Source: Shigella phage ESh36
Length of the DNA stretch: 64,000 nt
Sequence record: ON528746
Reading direction: 5' to 3' (one strand)
Part shown: piece after piece, positions 20,263 through 28,846 of the stretch
How positions within the stretch are numbered: the stretch's first letter is position 1
How the letters are laid out: each line of letters opens with the position of its first letter
Translations under genes and position numbers: made by a program
The notes under the pieces: generated by a model
What the model saw: only the letters and a program-made list of their open reading frames with translations
Told to the model about the DNA's origin: nothing
Databases searched by the model: none

Positions 20263-20548
20263 TACGGAATGAAATAAAAGCAGCAACTGAAGCAACTAAA
20301 CTGTCTTCAATATAAACTTCAATTTTTACCGGAGCTTCTGACTCAAATTTACCTGTTACTACACCCTGAAAAATACTTTCAGTCTGTTCTGGCTTTGAAA
20401 AATTTTCAGAAGGAAAAATTCCAAACTTTTTATCTGTTCCGAAAATTTTGATAAATTCATCATAAACTGCTTCATTAAAAGCATTATCAGCAGGAATAAC
20501 GCCTTCAACTACAAGTTCTTGACCTAAAAAGCGTAAAGAAGATTTCAT
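20258..20548 (-). CDS. hypothetical protein (T4 alt.-3 position)
   Basis: 96 aa ORF with its own early promoter upstream (GTTTAC-N18-TATAGT). Confidence 0.5.
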   Translation of the reverse strand: MKSSLRFLGQELVVEGVIPADNAFNEAVYDEFIKIFGTDKKFGIFPSENFSKPEQTESIFQGVVTGKFESEAPVKIEVYIEDSLVASVAAFISFRK

Positions 20549-20579
20549 TTTGTGTTCCTCATGTTATGTCAGTAAGACT

Positions 20580-20609
20580 ACTATAACACAACACGAGGGA
20601 CTTGTAAAC
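20580..20609 (-). promoter_or_regulatory. early promoter upstream of the alt.-3-position ORF
   Basis: Minus strand GTTTAC-N18-TATAGT, then conserved leader CTTACTGACATAACATGAGG before the ATG. Confidence 0.6.
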
Positions 20610-20784
20610 TACATTTTGAACTTTTTAGTACGCGTAATAGGCATGCGTCGATTTTATACTGTTTCATTGTTTGAAGAGCAGTATCAAAAACAGCATTAAT
20701 GACACCAATTGGATTTCCACTCAAGTTTTTAAGCTTAACTAATGATAGTTTCTCATTAACACCTATCATTACGATATGCATCAT
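20581..20784 (-). CDS. Alt N-terminal paralogue fragment (T4 alt.-2 position)
   Basis: 67 aa ORF MMHIVMIGVNEKLSLVKLKNLSGNPIGVINAVFDTALQTMKQYKIDACLLRVLKS aligns with Alt residues ~62-128 (MMHIVPFTLTAKGSIAKLKGLGPSPINYINSVFTVAMQTMRQYKIDACMLRILKS). Confidence 0.5.
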   Translation of the reverse strand: MMHIVMIGVNEKLSLVKLKNLSGNPIGVINAVFDTALQTMKQYKIDACLLRVLKSSKCSLQVPRVVL

Positions 20785-20969
20785 TTTATCGCCTGGTTTA
20801 ACGTTTTATTTGTATCACCGCCAGAGGTGTATGTACAAAATCTAAATCCAGGAAGCACGCTTTCTTCGCCGGCTTGAATAGCAAAAATTTGAGGTATTTT
20901 ATGCTTAGGATTTAAGTTAATAACCGGCGCCGAAGCGCCGTCAAATAATTATGTAATAAGTTCCATGAT
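20785..20969 (-). pseudogene. decayed duplicate of the alt 5' end (T4 alt.-1 position)
   Basis: DNA closely parallels alt codons 1-60 but reads MELIT-TAA-LFDGASAPVINLNPKHKIPQIFAIQAGEESVLPGFRFCTYTSGGDTN; in-frame stop at codon 6 and a frameshift before alt.-2. Confidence 0.55.
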
Positions 20970-23021
20970 TTATCCTTGAACGAACTTGTAAGGCATGTTT
21001 GCAATATCTATGCAAGACGCAATAATTCCAAGAGATGATTCTACTTTCTGTTTAACATTTGATGAAACAAATGATGCAAAGTCAACTCTGTCTTCTATAT
21101 CACCTGTCATTGTAACCAATTCACCAGTTTCCATTAAATGGTCTCCGTCATAGATTACCGATTCGGTGAGTTCTTCTGTGGTCATAACTTCAGCTTGAAT
21201 AAGCTTGTTGTTAGTTCTAACTGTTCCATCGTTGTAAGATGCATCGGTTATTTTATTAACTTTGACCATTAATCCACGTGGCAAAATGACTTCCATTTCA
21301 TTTGAAGGCGCTAAACTTCCACCGGGTAAAACAACATTAACCTTATCAGCCCCAGTAATAACCCATCCAATTCCAACTAAATTATCGCTAGAATTTACTA
21401 GTCCTTCATCAGTTTTATCAATAGAAACACTTAGACGCTTTTCGTCTGGTAAAACACCCACAGATGAATCAGTCATCCAAGTACCAAAAATATTTGGATA
21501 TAATGATGTTGACACAAAGTTTCTAAAATAAAAAACTCGATTTTTTACCATTGCTTCGTATATTGAAGGTAACATTCGTTGTGAACGATACAAAGTAATA
21601 CCTTTTGGTAATCGTTCACCATTTTTAAAGGCTGAATCTAAATTATCAATGGCTTGTTCTATTTCAGGTGCTGTTAAAATACTTGTACGCTCATCTGGAT
21701 TATATAATCCCAAAAGAGCATTATTTATGTCTACATATCCTGAACCTACGTATTCACGAATTCCGCGTTTTTGTGCTGGTGTGTATTTAGATGAATCTTT
21801 ATTTTCGACTATAGGATGTAATGACCATCCAGCGGTAAGAGCATATCCACGTAATTCTCTTCGAATAATCTTTGTTTTTATTGCATTCCAAGAATTTTGT
21901 ACTAACTCATTTGCAGCATCTTGGTTTAAATGCGAATGTCTGTTAATATTTCTTTCAAACCAAGCACCTTTATATTTTTCTAAAGTATCATCGACGATAG
22001 AAGCAATAGTTTCTAAAGTTTTTATTGAAGTAATAGATTCTTTTCGTAATTTTTCTAAAGCTTTATTTTTTATTTCTGCATTAATAATGGATTCTTTATC
22101 TTCAGGAATTATAGAAGCTTCTCTGAATGCCATCCCAGCTGTAACACTGCTAAGAGCATTCTCTAGTGCAAATCCTGAAGTAGAAATTACCGTTAATTCA
22201 TTAGAATCAGAAATTAAAGGAGCGTCCGCTGGTTTATTTAATTCTGCCGCTGAAGCCTCAAATTTTTGAAACATCGGTGTTTCAAATCTAGAAGATTCCA
22301 ACGACTGACTTTGTGCAATTGCTCTACGGGAAATTTTAACTTTAACGATTACGGCTTGATCAGAACGTTTATCATTTTCTTGTGCAATAGATGCTGCAAT
22401 TGCCTCATTTTTAGTTACTTGGGCTCCAGTATCTTTATTGATATAAACATCACCGACCTTCGATTCAACTTTAGTAAAGAGCTCAGTACTAATTTCAGGA
22501 ACTCCTGGAATGTCTTCTAATGATACATTTTTGCGATGTATAAGAATATATGCATACTTTTTATCGTAATCCCAGAGTTCCTTAAGAAGGACGTATCTGC
22601 CACCTGAACGACTACGGATAAGTCTATCAGCAATAACTTGAATTTGTCGAGCTTGGCCAGCAGTTTTAGACTTAAGAATACGAAGCATACAAGCATCAAT
22701 TTTATACTGACGCATCGTTTGCATTGCAACAGTAAAAACCGAATTGATATAATTAATTGGGCTTGGACCAAGACCTTTTAATTTAGCAATTGAACCTTTA
22801 GCAGTTAATGTAAAAGGAACAATATGCATCATTTTATCGCCCATCTTTAAATCACGATTAGTATCACCTCCAGATGTATAAGTACATAAACGAAAGCCTG
22901 GTTGTTCAATTGCGTCATCAACATGAACTGAAAAAATTTGCGGTATTTTCTTCTTTGGATTTAAGTTTGTAATCGGAAGAGTAGTATCTTCGTCAAATAA
23001 TTCTGTAATGAGTTCCATCAT
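20970..23021 (-). CDS. alt: Alt ADP-ribosyltransferase (virion-packaged)
   Basis: 683 aa; T4 Alt length and position before gene 30; late promoter TATAAATA on minus strand at 23042-23049. Confidence 0.9.
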   Translation of the reverse strand: MMELITELFDEDTTLPITNLNPKKKIPQIFSVHVDDAIEQPGFRLCTYTSGGDTNRDLKMGDKMMHIVPFTLTAKGSIAKLKGLGPSPINYINSVFTVAMQTMRQYKIDACMLRILKSKTAGQARQIQVIADRLIRSRSGGRYVLLKELWDYDKKYAYILIHRKNVSLEDIPGVPEISTELFTKVESKVGDVYINKDTGAQVTKNEAIAASIAQENDKRSDQAVIVKVKISRRAIAQSQSLESSRFETPMFQKFEASAAELNKPADAPLISDSNELTVISTSGFALENALSSVTAGMAFREASIIPEDKESIINAEIKNKALEKLRKESITSIKTLETIASIVDDTLEKYKGAWFERNINRHSHLNQDAANELVQNSWNAIKTKIIRRELRGYALTAGWSLHPIVENKDSSKYTPAQKRGIREYVGSGYVDINNALLGLYNPDERTSILTAPEIEQAIDNLDSAFKNGERLPKGITLYRSQRMLPSIYEAMVKNRVFYFRNFVSTSLYPNIFGTWMTDSSVGVLPDEKRLSVSIDKTDEGLVNSSDNLVGIGWVITGADKVNVVLPGGSLAPSNEMEVILPRGLMVKVNKITDASYNDGTVRTNNKLIQAEVMTTEELTESVIYDGDHLMETGELVTMTGDIEDRVDFASFVSSNVKQKVESSLGIIASCIDIANMPYKFVQG

Positions 23022-23041
23022 ATCCTCTCTAGTGTTTATTC

Positions 23042-23049
23042 TATTTATA
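23042..23049 (-). promoter_or_regulatory. late promoter (TATAAATA) for alt
   Basis: TATAAATA on minus strand about 20 nt upstream of the alt ATG; Alt is a virion-packaged late protein. Confidence 0.6.
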
Positions 23050-23054
23050 AAATT

Positions 23055-23072
23055 AAAGGCCCGAAGGCCTTT
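23055..23072 (-). terminator. stem-loop between the alt.1-position ORF and alt
   Basis: AAAGGCC-TTCG-GGCCTTT hairpin on minus strand followed by AATTTTAT. Confidence 0.5.
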
Positions 23073-23259
23073 AATAATCTATTGGTAAGAGAGTACGATA
23101 TATTTCAAACTTTGGACCTTTTTCATAGGCATCAAATGTTTCTGTGAATTTATTATAAGCATACGCATCTATAAATTCAATCATAATTTGTGATACAGAA
23201 GTAGAAACATCTCCACCTTCTTTTTGAGCCACGACAATTGTTTCTAAGTAAGCTTTCAT
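23071..23259 (-). CDS. hypothetical protein (T4 alt.1 position)
   Basis: 62 aa ORF between ligase and alt; start overlaps ligase stop. Confidence 0.45.
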   Translation of the reverse strand: MKAYLETIVVAQKEGGDVSTSVSQIMIEFIDAYAYNKFTETFDAYEKGPKFEIYRTLLPIDY

Positions 23260-24719
23260 AGACCAGTTACCTCATGAAAATCACCAAATACATCCTCAAA
23301 TGTATTAGCTTTAGTTTTATCTTCACGTAAACGAATCGCAATCGGAAGAAATAATTTAACGTAATCAGTGCGGCCGTCAGATTTTAACCAACCGTTGCAT
23401 TCGCACTCTAGAATTTTTCCAATATAATAATTTTGGTTTTCCATAATGCGAGTACGGTCAAGTTCATGTGATTTTACACCGGCTTTATCTTTTAAGCCTG
23501 AACCAGCATTTACCTTAATTTTTCCACACTCTGACTCAAGAATAAATCCACCCGCTTTAGTAGGGTCTTTACGGTGAGGATAAATTCCTACAATTTTTAA
23601 ATCAACATCAATTACTTCTTTAAATTTATAAAGATTTTTTGAACGAGCATTTTCCCATAATCCATCGATATTTTTGAGAATAATACCTTCAAGACCTTGG
23701 TCAATATACTTTTTATAAATTACCTTAGCTTCATCTAGGTTATTTACTACCTGGTTTTCAATTAAAATTACTTTATCATAGCCTGATGTCATTTGTTCTA
23801 GTTTAGAAAAACGTACATCATATTTCAAACGAAATGCAGGAAGACCGTATATTTCTACCAATGGAACATAATCCCAGACCTGAAACTTCATGCATTGAGC
23901 TTCTTTTTCAGAAATGGTTCCCTTTAAAGATTTATTAGCGATTCCATTAGAAGTAGTACGTGATTCAGCTACTTCGGCGAATTCTTTGGCTTTACTAATT
24001 TCAGGATAAGCATCAAAAAGAAAATCTAGGCCTTCTGGCTCCTTTTTAACTTGCTCATGGTATACCAATTCGCCATCAATTAACACGCCTTCTGGATGAA
24101 TCTGGCGGGCTTCAGCGGTCATTTTGATTAATTCTTCCTTAAGAAGATCTAATCCTAGATATTCATTACCGGCTCGTGATAAAAGACGAACATCATCTAA
24201 TTCATCACCTCTGACTTCAGCAAAGCACCGAGCTCCATCAGCTTTTAATTGGGCAAAGGCTGGAAATTTGATATTCTTATTAATGCCTTTTTCATCATAA
24301 GAACTTGCCAGCATTTGAGGTTGTTCAGGAATTAAACCTGGCCAAACTTTGTTTGCAATAGATACTGAAGCACCGCATTCAAGGTCTCGCATCATCACCC
24401 GACGCAAAACTTCAACATCATCTTTTTTACCGTCAGCAATATATCCAGTTAATTCCTCAATTGCCGCATTTCCAGTCAATTTCCGAGTAGCTAATGTGAA
24501 TTCAATGAAGTCAAGCATATCGGTAATAGTCAGCATTCCAAAACTCTGGGTAGCAATACCAGGCTTAGGCCATTTCTTGATATAATACTGTAACCCACGA
24601 GAATAAGTCAGACGATATACTCGTTTAAGCAATTCATTATCTTTATTCTTTTCAAGAATTGCTTGCTTCTGCTTAGTTGATCCAATAGATGCTATTTCAT
24701 TCAGAATTTTAAGAATCAT
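23256..24719 (-). CDS. 30: ATP-dependent DNA ligase gp30
   Basis: 487 aa; N-terminus MILKILNEIASIGSTKQKQAILEKNKDNELLKRVY as in T4 DNA ligase; adenylation lysine motif region present. Confidence 0.95.
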   Translation of the reverse strand: MILKILNEIASIGSTKQKQAILEKNKDNELLKRVYRLTYSRGLQYYIKKWPKPGIATQSFGMLTITDMLDFIEFTLATRKLTGNAAIEELTGYIADGKKDDVEVLRRVMMRDLECGASVSIANKVWPGLIPEQPQMLASSYDEKGINKNIKFPAFAQLKADGARCFAEVRGDELDDVRLLSRAGNEYLGLDLLKEELIKMTAEARQIHPEGVLIDGELVYHEQVKKEPEGLDFLFDAYPEISKAKEFAEVAESRTTSNGIANKSLKGTISEKEAQCMKFQVWDYVPLVEIYGLPAFRLKYDVRFSKLEQMTSGYDKVILIENQVVNNLDEAKVIYKKYIDQGLEGIILKNIDGLWENARSKNLYKFKEVIDVDLKIVGIYPHRKDPTKAGGFILESECGKIKVNAGSGLKDKAGVKSHELDRTRIMENQNYYIGKILECECNGWLKSDGRTDYVKLFLPIAIRLREDKTKANTFEDVFGDFHEVTGL

Positions 24720-24985
24720 TGTTCATCCTTCAGAGTTTGATTTACAGCTCTATTATAAATCAATTCATCATTAAGCTCAGTTAAAGACCTATGATATGTA
24801 GTTCTAACTTTATTTCCTTGCATCCAGTGCTTGATATAAATGAAACCTTGCTCGACACATTTTTTAAAAATTCGTTCGTCTTTTTGAGCTCGGAATTCTG
24901 GATTGCATCTAAAAAATTGATTTACGTGACCGTAATCACGTGTAGTATTACCTTCATTTTCATAAATAGTGTGAACAACAAACAT
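24716..24985 (-). CDS. hypothetical protein (30.x cluster, 1st ORF)
   Basis: 89 aa; overlapping start/stop with neighbours. Confidence 0.5.
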   Translation of the reverse strand: MFVVHTIYENEGNTTRDYGHVNQFFRCNPEFRAQKDERIFKKCVEQGFIYIKHWMQGNKVRTTYHRSLTELNDELIYNRAVNQTLKDEQ

Positions 24986-25824
24986 TAGAATGCTCCTTGG
25001 AAAATATTATCACCACAAGTAGGTCTATTATACAAATACTCTATACCGCCGGGTTTAATATAGTTCCATGTCTGAAACGGATGTGTCTGATATGGATGAT
25101 ATAGATGATTATAAGGATTAAATCCAGGAGTTCTCCAGGTAGTGTTCCAACGAAAAGAATCGTTTTTAATCATCTTTTCAATTACATCTTTTATAGCTTT
25201 TTCACTATCAAAACTTTCTTTATTTTCCTTCGATGGAAAAAGCTTATTCTCTACATCGTTCCATGTATAAACTCGCTGAGCAGTTTTTGGAATACTGTCA
25301 CGTTCCCCTCGAGCCATCCAATAAACAGGAACACTTAATATTTCACTCGCGTGATCGCAGTGGTGAGCGAGATCGTCAATATAACAAATTACGTTATATT
25401 TCTCTTTTGCCTTTTTGAACAACTCTTCTTTTGAGGAATCATGACCACACATCAATACTTCCGAGAAAGCACCAGGAAAAAGAGCATTCAAATTAAATTG
25501 ACGATTCAACAGAGCGTCAATAGAATCACCCAGCGCTGTAACAGCTACAAAATTATAATCTTCTTTTAATTTGTTAATTACACACAGAGCATCTTTATAT
25601 GGAGACAAGTAACGAATAAAATCTGAACGATTGTATTTTTCAATTAACTTGACACCAAGTTCTTCATCACAATTAAAAAGTTTACCAGGAGAAATAAATT
25701 TTTCATCTTGGATCATTTTTAAAATATGTTCCAACGGAAGATTATATTTCTGAGCAAAATAAGGAAGGCCTGATTGCCAGCTTAAACACACTCCATCAAT
25801 ATCAGTTAAAATAGTAGGCTTCAT
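24985..25824 (-). CDS. HAD-like hydrolase-family protein (30.x cluster, 2nd ORF)
   Basis: 279 aa; N-terminal ILTDIDGV motif typical of HAD phosphatases/nucleotidases. Confidence 0.55.
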   Translation of the reverse strand: MKPTILTDIDGVCLSWQSGLPYFAQKYNLPLEHILKMIQDEKFISPGKLFNCDEELGVKLIEKYNRSDFIRYLSPYKDALCVINKLKEDYNFVAVTALGDSIDALLNRQFNLNALFPGAFSEVLMCGHDSSKEELFKKAKEKYNVICYIDDLAHHCDHASEILSVPVYWMARGERDSIPKTAQRVYTWNDVENKLFPSKENKESFDSEKAIKDVIEKMIKNDSFRWNTTWRTPGFNPYNHLYHPYQTHPFQTWNYIKPGGIEYLYNRPTCGDNIFQGAF

Positions 25825-26285
25825 AGAGAGTCTCTTAATAGGTTTAACACATCAATAAATTCAGCTTCGGTTAGTATTGTATCATCTTTTGTTAGACCAC
25901 TAGCCATGCTGTGCTTCAAAACTTTTCCTTTCGAGGCTTGTAATGCATCACGAAAGCCCTTGTTTTGGATCGCTGCTTCAAAATATGCATTTGTGTATAA
26001 TTCTTTCCACGCCGGGGAGTATCTTGAAAATGGAACTCCAAGCCAGAAGAGGGTCCCACGGTCCTGAGCTCTAGCATAAGACCTTCCAGCTTGTTGAGCG
26101 GCAAGCCCGGATAACCCAAATATACGACGTTGTTGTTCAACGTTTTTCACCTTGCATCCTTGGAGGAATCCTTCAAGACCTCCAAATTGAATACCATCCA
26201 TAACGAAAGGCCATTGGGCGAAATTACTTAATGCGCATGATGGCCATCTAAAATTGCTTCTAATCTCTAACTCAGACATTTTCAA
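25821..26285 (-). CDS. NADAR (YbiA-like) domain protein (30.x cluster, 3rd ORF)
   Basis: 154 aa; LSNFAQWPFVMDGIQFGGLEGFLQGCK closely parallels the E. coli YbiA signature FSNFAAWPIKVDGKTWPTSEHYFQAQK. Confidence 0.7.
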   Translation of the reverse strand: MKMSELEIRSNFRWPSCALSNFAQWPFVMDGIQFGGLEGFLQGCKVKNVEQQRRIFGLSGLAAQQAGRSYARAQDRGTLFWLGVPFSRYSPAWKELYTNAYFEAAIQNKGFRDALQASKGKVLKHSMASGLTKDDTILTEAEFIDVLNLLRDSL

Positions 26286-26478
26286 TACTTATAATTTCAA
26301 CATCAGCCCAATGACCATAGCAAGGAAGACGAAATTCAACTGGCCAGTTAGGGTCCTTTTCTAATATAATAGACTGAACTTGTGGCTCTTCATATTCATC
26401 GGTATACGGACCTTTATACGTTACTTTATATGTGACCTTAATGTACTGAATTCCAAAAATCTTATTAATTATATTCAT
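26272..26478 (-). CDS. hypothetical protein (30.x cluster, 4th ORF)
   Basis: 68 aa ORF, codirectional, overlapping junctions. Confidence 0.4.
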   Translation of the reverse strand: MNIINKIFGIQYIKVTYKVTYKGPYTDEYEEPQVQSIILEKDPNWPVEFRLPCYGHWADVEIISIENV

Positions 26479-26672
26479 ACTAATTCCTTTAATCCGTAAA
26501 TAGGAGATAATTCATCGCCCATACGAAGGTCTTCATTTCCATCTACCCAAGAAACAATATAAGCCTCTTTTATTTGAACACCACTCCATTTAAATGGAGG
26601 TAAAACCTTAGAAATTAATCCAGGTATACCAACTCCCTTTAATTCAACAGTTTGACCTAAAAAGAATTTCAT
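26475..26672 (-). CDS. hypothetical protein (30.x cluster, 5th ORF)
   Basis: 65 aa ORF. Confidence 0.4.
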   Translation of the reverse strand: MKFFLGQTVELKGVGIPGLISKVLPPFKWSGVQIKEAYIVSWVDGNEDLRMGDELSPIYGLKELV

Positions 26673-26959
26673 TAGAACCTCATCTGAAAACCATGCGATT
26701 TAACATTACCTCCGCCAATATCAGAAATATTAATTTCACGCGCAATTGAAGGGTCAATGTCAATTTCACGATTGAGTTTAGCGATAGCTAAAGTATCGCG
26801 CCCATTTACTGTACGGAACTCTAAAGGACAGACTGCATTAACGTAGTTTTTAATCGATTCACTGGTAGGTTGCAAATGAGCAGGAAGGTCTTTAGGCGCC
26901 TTAGAGAAAACCACTTCACAGAAATTTTTACGGGTATCAAAATAAGTAGTCATAAACAT
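26672..26959 (-). CDS. hypothetical protein (30.x cluster, 6th ORF)
   Basis: 95 aa ORF; GAGG 8 nt upstream of ATG. Confidence 0.5.
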   Translation of the reverse strand: MFMTTYFDTRKNFCEVVFSKAPKDLPAHLQPTSESIKNYVNAVCPLEFRTVNGRDTLAIAKLNREIDIDPSIAREINISDIGGGNVKSHGFQMRF

Positions 26960-26975
26960 AGTATTTTCCTCAGTA

Positions 26976-26991
26976 AGGGGCCGAAGCCCCT
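26976..26991 (-). terminator. GC stem-loop between the 7th and 6th 30.x ORFs
   Basis: GGGGC-TTCG-GCCCC tetraloop hairpin; no T-run on the minus strand, so function uncertain. Confidence 0.35.
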
Positions 26992-27000
26992 CATTTTATT

Positions 27001-27366
27001 TTAAATATCAAATTCGTTAAGAACTACATCAAAGATTGCTTCAAGATGCTCAGGTTTAGCTCTGTTACTCAAAATATGACGAATCCAAGTTTTAACCAGA
27101 AGCTTACGATTAACGCCATTCCAGCAAGGATGAGTCCCTAAATCGCGTTGACGAAAATCATCATCCAAAGCGATTTTGAAGTTGGAACCTTCCATTGTGA
27201 TTGAAACTGTGATGCCATTTTCAAATCGCATATAAACGTAGTTAGGAGTCATATACTGTTCAATTTCGCATACTGATCCGTTTTGATGTTTCCAAAGGCA
27301 AATAGTATCAATAGAACCTGCAATACCATTAGAAACATATTTACGTTCAAAGTTGATGTAGTTCAT
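27001..27366 (-). CDS. hypothetical protein (30.x cluster, 7th ORF)
   Basis: 121 aa ORF. Confidence 0.5.
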   Translation of the reverse strand: MNYINFERKYVSNGIAGSIDTICLWKHQNGSVCEIEQYMTPNYVYMRFENGITVSITMEGSNFKIALDDDFRQRDLGTHPCWNGVNRKLLVKTWIRHILSNRAKPEHLEAIFDVVLNEFDI

Positions 27367-27434
27367 TTTTATTCTCCGAGATGTTTAATTGCGGTACAGG
27401 TATATAATATCATATCCTGTACCAAAGTAAACAA

Positions 27435-27767
27435 TTATTTTACTACTTTCCAGTGCTGCATGTCAAGTTTACCAACTTTTTTCATCTTCTCAATTAAGCG
27501 TTCGGCGCGTTGGCGAGCTGTAACATAATACCATTCACCCAATTCATTTTGTTCAATTTTTCCAACGATTACTGTGTTCAATTCATAAATCCAACCAGTA
27601 AAGAAATTATGAACTTGAATTGTAAAGGTGAAATCTGTTCCCATACCTTCTGTTGTTTCTACTTCAATAATATCACCTTCAACTGCCATTAAGAACCACA
27701 TAGTTTCATCATATTTACCGTTGAAGCATTTAGTTTTAACTGCAGCGTTCAGATTAATCGTTTTCAT
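27435..27767 (-). CDS. hypothetical protein (30.x cluster, 8th ORF)
   Basis: 110 aa ORF preceded by terminator plus early promoter module. Confidence 0.5.
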   Translation of the reverse strand: MKTINLNAAVKTKCFNGKYDETMWFLMAVEGDIIEVETTEGMGTDFTFTIQVHNFFTGWIYELNTVIVGKIEQNELGEWYYVTARQRAERLIEKMKKVGKLDMQHWKVVK

Positions 27768-27794
27768 TTTATTCTCCTTTGTTTGTGTAAGATA

Positions 27795-27824
27795 ATACTA
27801 TCACAAAGGAACCATGCTGTAAAC
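27795..27824 (-). promoter_or_regulatory. early promoter upstream of the 8th 30.x ORF
   Basis: Minus strand GTTTAC-N18-TAGTAT immediately after a terminator hairpin. Confidence 0.55.
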
Positions 27825-27844
27825 AACTTTGTGCAATCTTTGGA

Positions 27845-27872
27845 AAATAAAAAAGGACTCCCGAAGGAGTCC
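27845..27872 (-). terminator. rho-independent terminator after the 9th 30.x ORF
   Basis: GGACTCC-TTCG-GGAGTCC on minus strand followed by TTTTTTATTTT. Confidence 0.75.
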
Positions 27873-27877
27873 TCAAC

Positions 27878-28054
27878 TTATGCTTTCTGCTTACCAAAAC
27901 GAGAAGCATCATCTCGAAGAACCGCACGTGCTCGGCGCATGATCTTCTCAACAGTTTGATTGATACGAGAGTTCGACCCACGCTTGTAGCCAGCGCGTTT
28001 AGAATCACCAACTTTCTTTTCAACTGCTTTCTTTGCTTTAGCTTGTTTTGCCAT
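27878..28054 (-). CDS. small basic protein (30.x cluster, 9th ORF)
   Basis: 58 aa from ATG at 28054 (MAKQAKAKKAVEKK...); the track extends it to 72 aa; terminator hairpin directly downstream. Confidence 0.45.
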   Translation of the reverse strand: MAKQAKAKKAVEKKVGDSKRAGYKRGSNSRINQTVEKIMRRARAVLRDDASRFGKQKA

Positions 28055-28450
28055 TATAAATTCTCTTTTAAATGAAAATGCAGGACTTATTGGCATTGCC
28101 TGCGCAAGCCCTCAAGGGGAACATAGGTTTTGAATATTTACCGACAGGATAACCATAAACCCGTCAACATACCTTATAGCTCTTATCTGTTGCACACCGT
28201 TAGCTTAAAGGTTCCGGGTTCGATTTCTCGAGGATAAGATATATACTGATGGATATATAGGCCTTGAGGCGTACTCCCGATTGGCCATCACCTCGGGGTA
28301 GCATGCACTTGCCGCTATAAGAATAACATTCAAGAGGTACACCGTAAAACTGCCGGGGTCTTAAAACTATAATGATTCGCAAATCATTAATCAGACAGTT
28401 CGACGGCTCCTCGATTTTAGCTCACACTAAGGCAGTGAATCTCCAATAAA

Positions 28451-28699
28451 TTACTTCAGTGTTACCACAAAGTGACGAACTGCTTTTCGTGCAGCAGAAG
28501 CCAGAGGCTTAGCATATTTAAGTTCATCTTTTTCCTGAAGCTCAGCGGCTAATGCAGTTTGAGCAGGATTCAGATGTTTGAAATAACGCAGGATTTCAAG
28601 AGCTTCGGCTTCAACATCAATAGATGCGCCATAGTTTTCGTGACCATTATTCCATGCGTTTCGTTGCAGTTCAAGAGCGTGTTGTAATTGTTTAATCAT
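28451..28699 (-). CDS. rIII: rIII lysis-inhibition accessory protein
   Basis: 82 aa; MIKQLQHALELQRNAWNNGHENYGASIDVEAEALEILRYFKHLNPAQTALAAELQEKDELKYAK; T4 rIII length and position. Confidence 0.85.
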   Translation of the reverse strand: MIKQLQHALELQRNAWNNGHENYGASIDVEAEALEILRYFKHLNPAQTALAAELQEKDELKYAKPLASAARKAVRHFVVTLK

Positions 28700-28846
28700 T
28701 TAAAAATTCTCGTTAGAGATTAAAACTCGGTAGTCACGTTCTTCTGAATTTCATCTTCTTTCGACAGATCTCTCAGTTGTAGACTACCACGTAGAATTGT
28801 TCGGTTAACTTATTATTCCGACACCCAATTCATATTATTATTTATA

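Noticed and set aside
27878-28054. Small basic 58-aa protein as a possible ribosomal protein S21-like or nucleic-acid-binding factor
   Set aside because: Only compositional resemblance (Lys/Arg-rich); no convincing motif match, so left as hypothetical
28205-28240. Possible tRNA gene (T-loop-like GGTTCCGGGTTCGATTTCTCG)
   Set aside because: T-stem arms do not pair (CCGGG versus TCTCG), the flanking inverted repeat spans only about 57 nt, and no D-arm or anticodon arm could be built; at most a remnant, so not called as a tRNA feature
28200-28382. 60-codon ORF in the rIII/30.x intergenic tract
   Set aside because: Non-ATG start, Arg/Pro-rich composition typical of GC-rich non-coding DNA, no ribosome-binding site; the region is treated as non-coding instead
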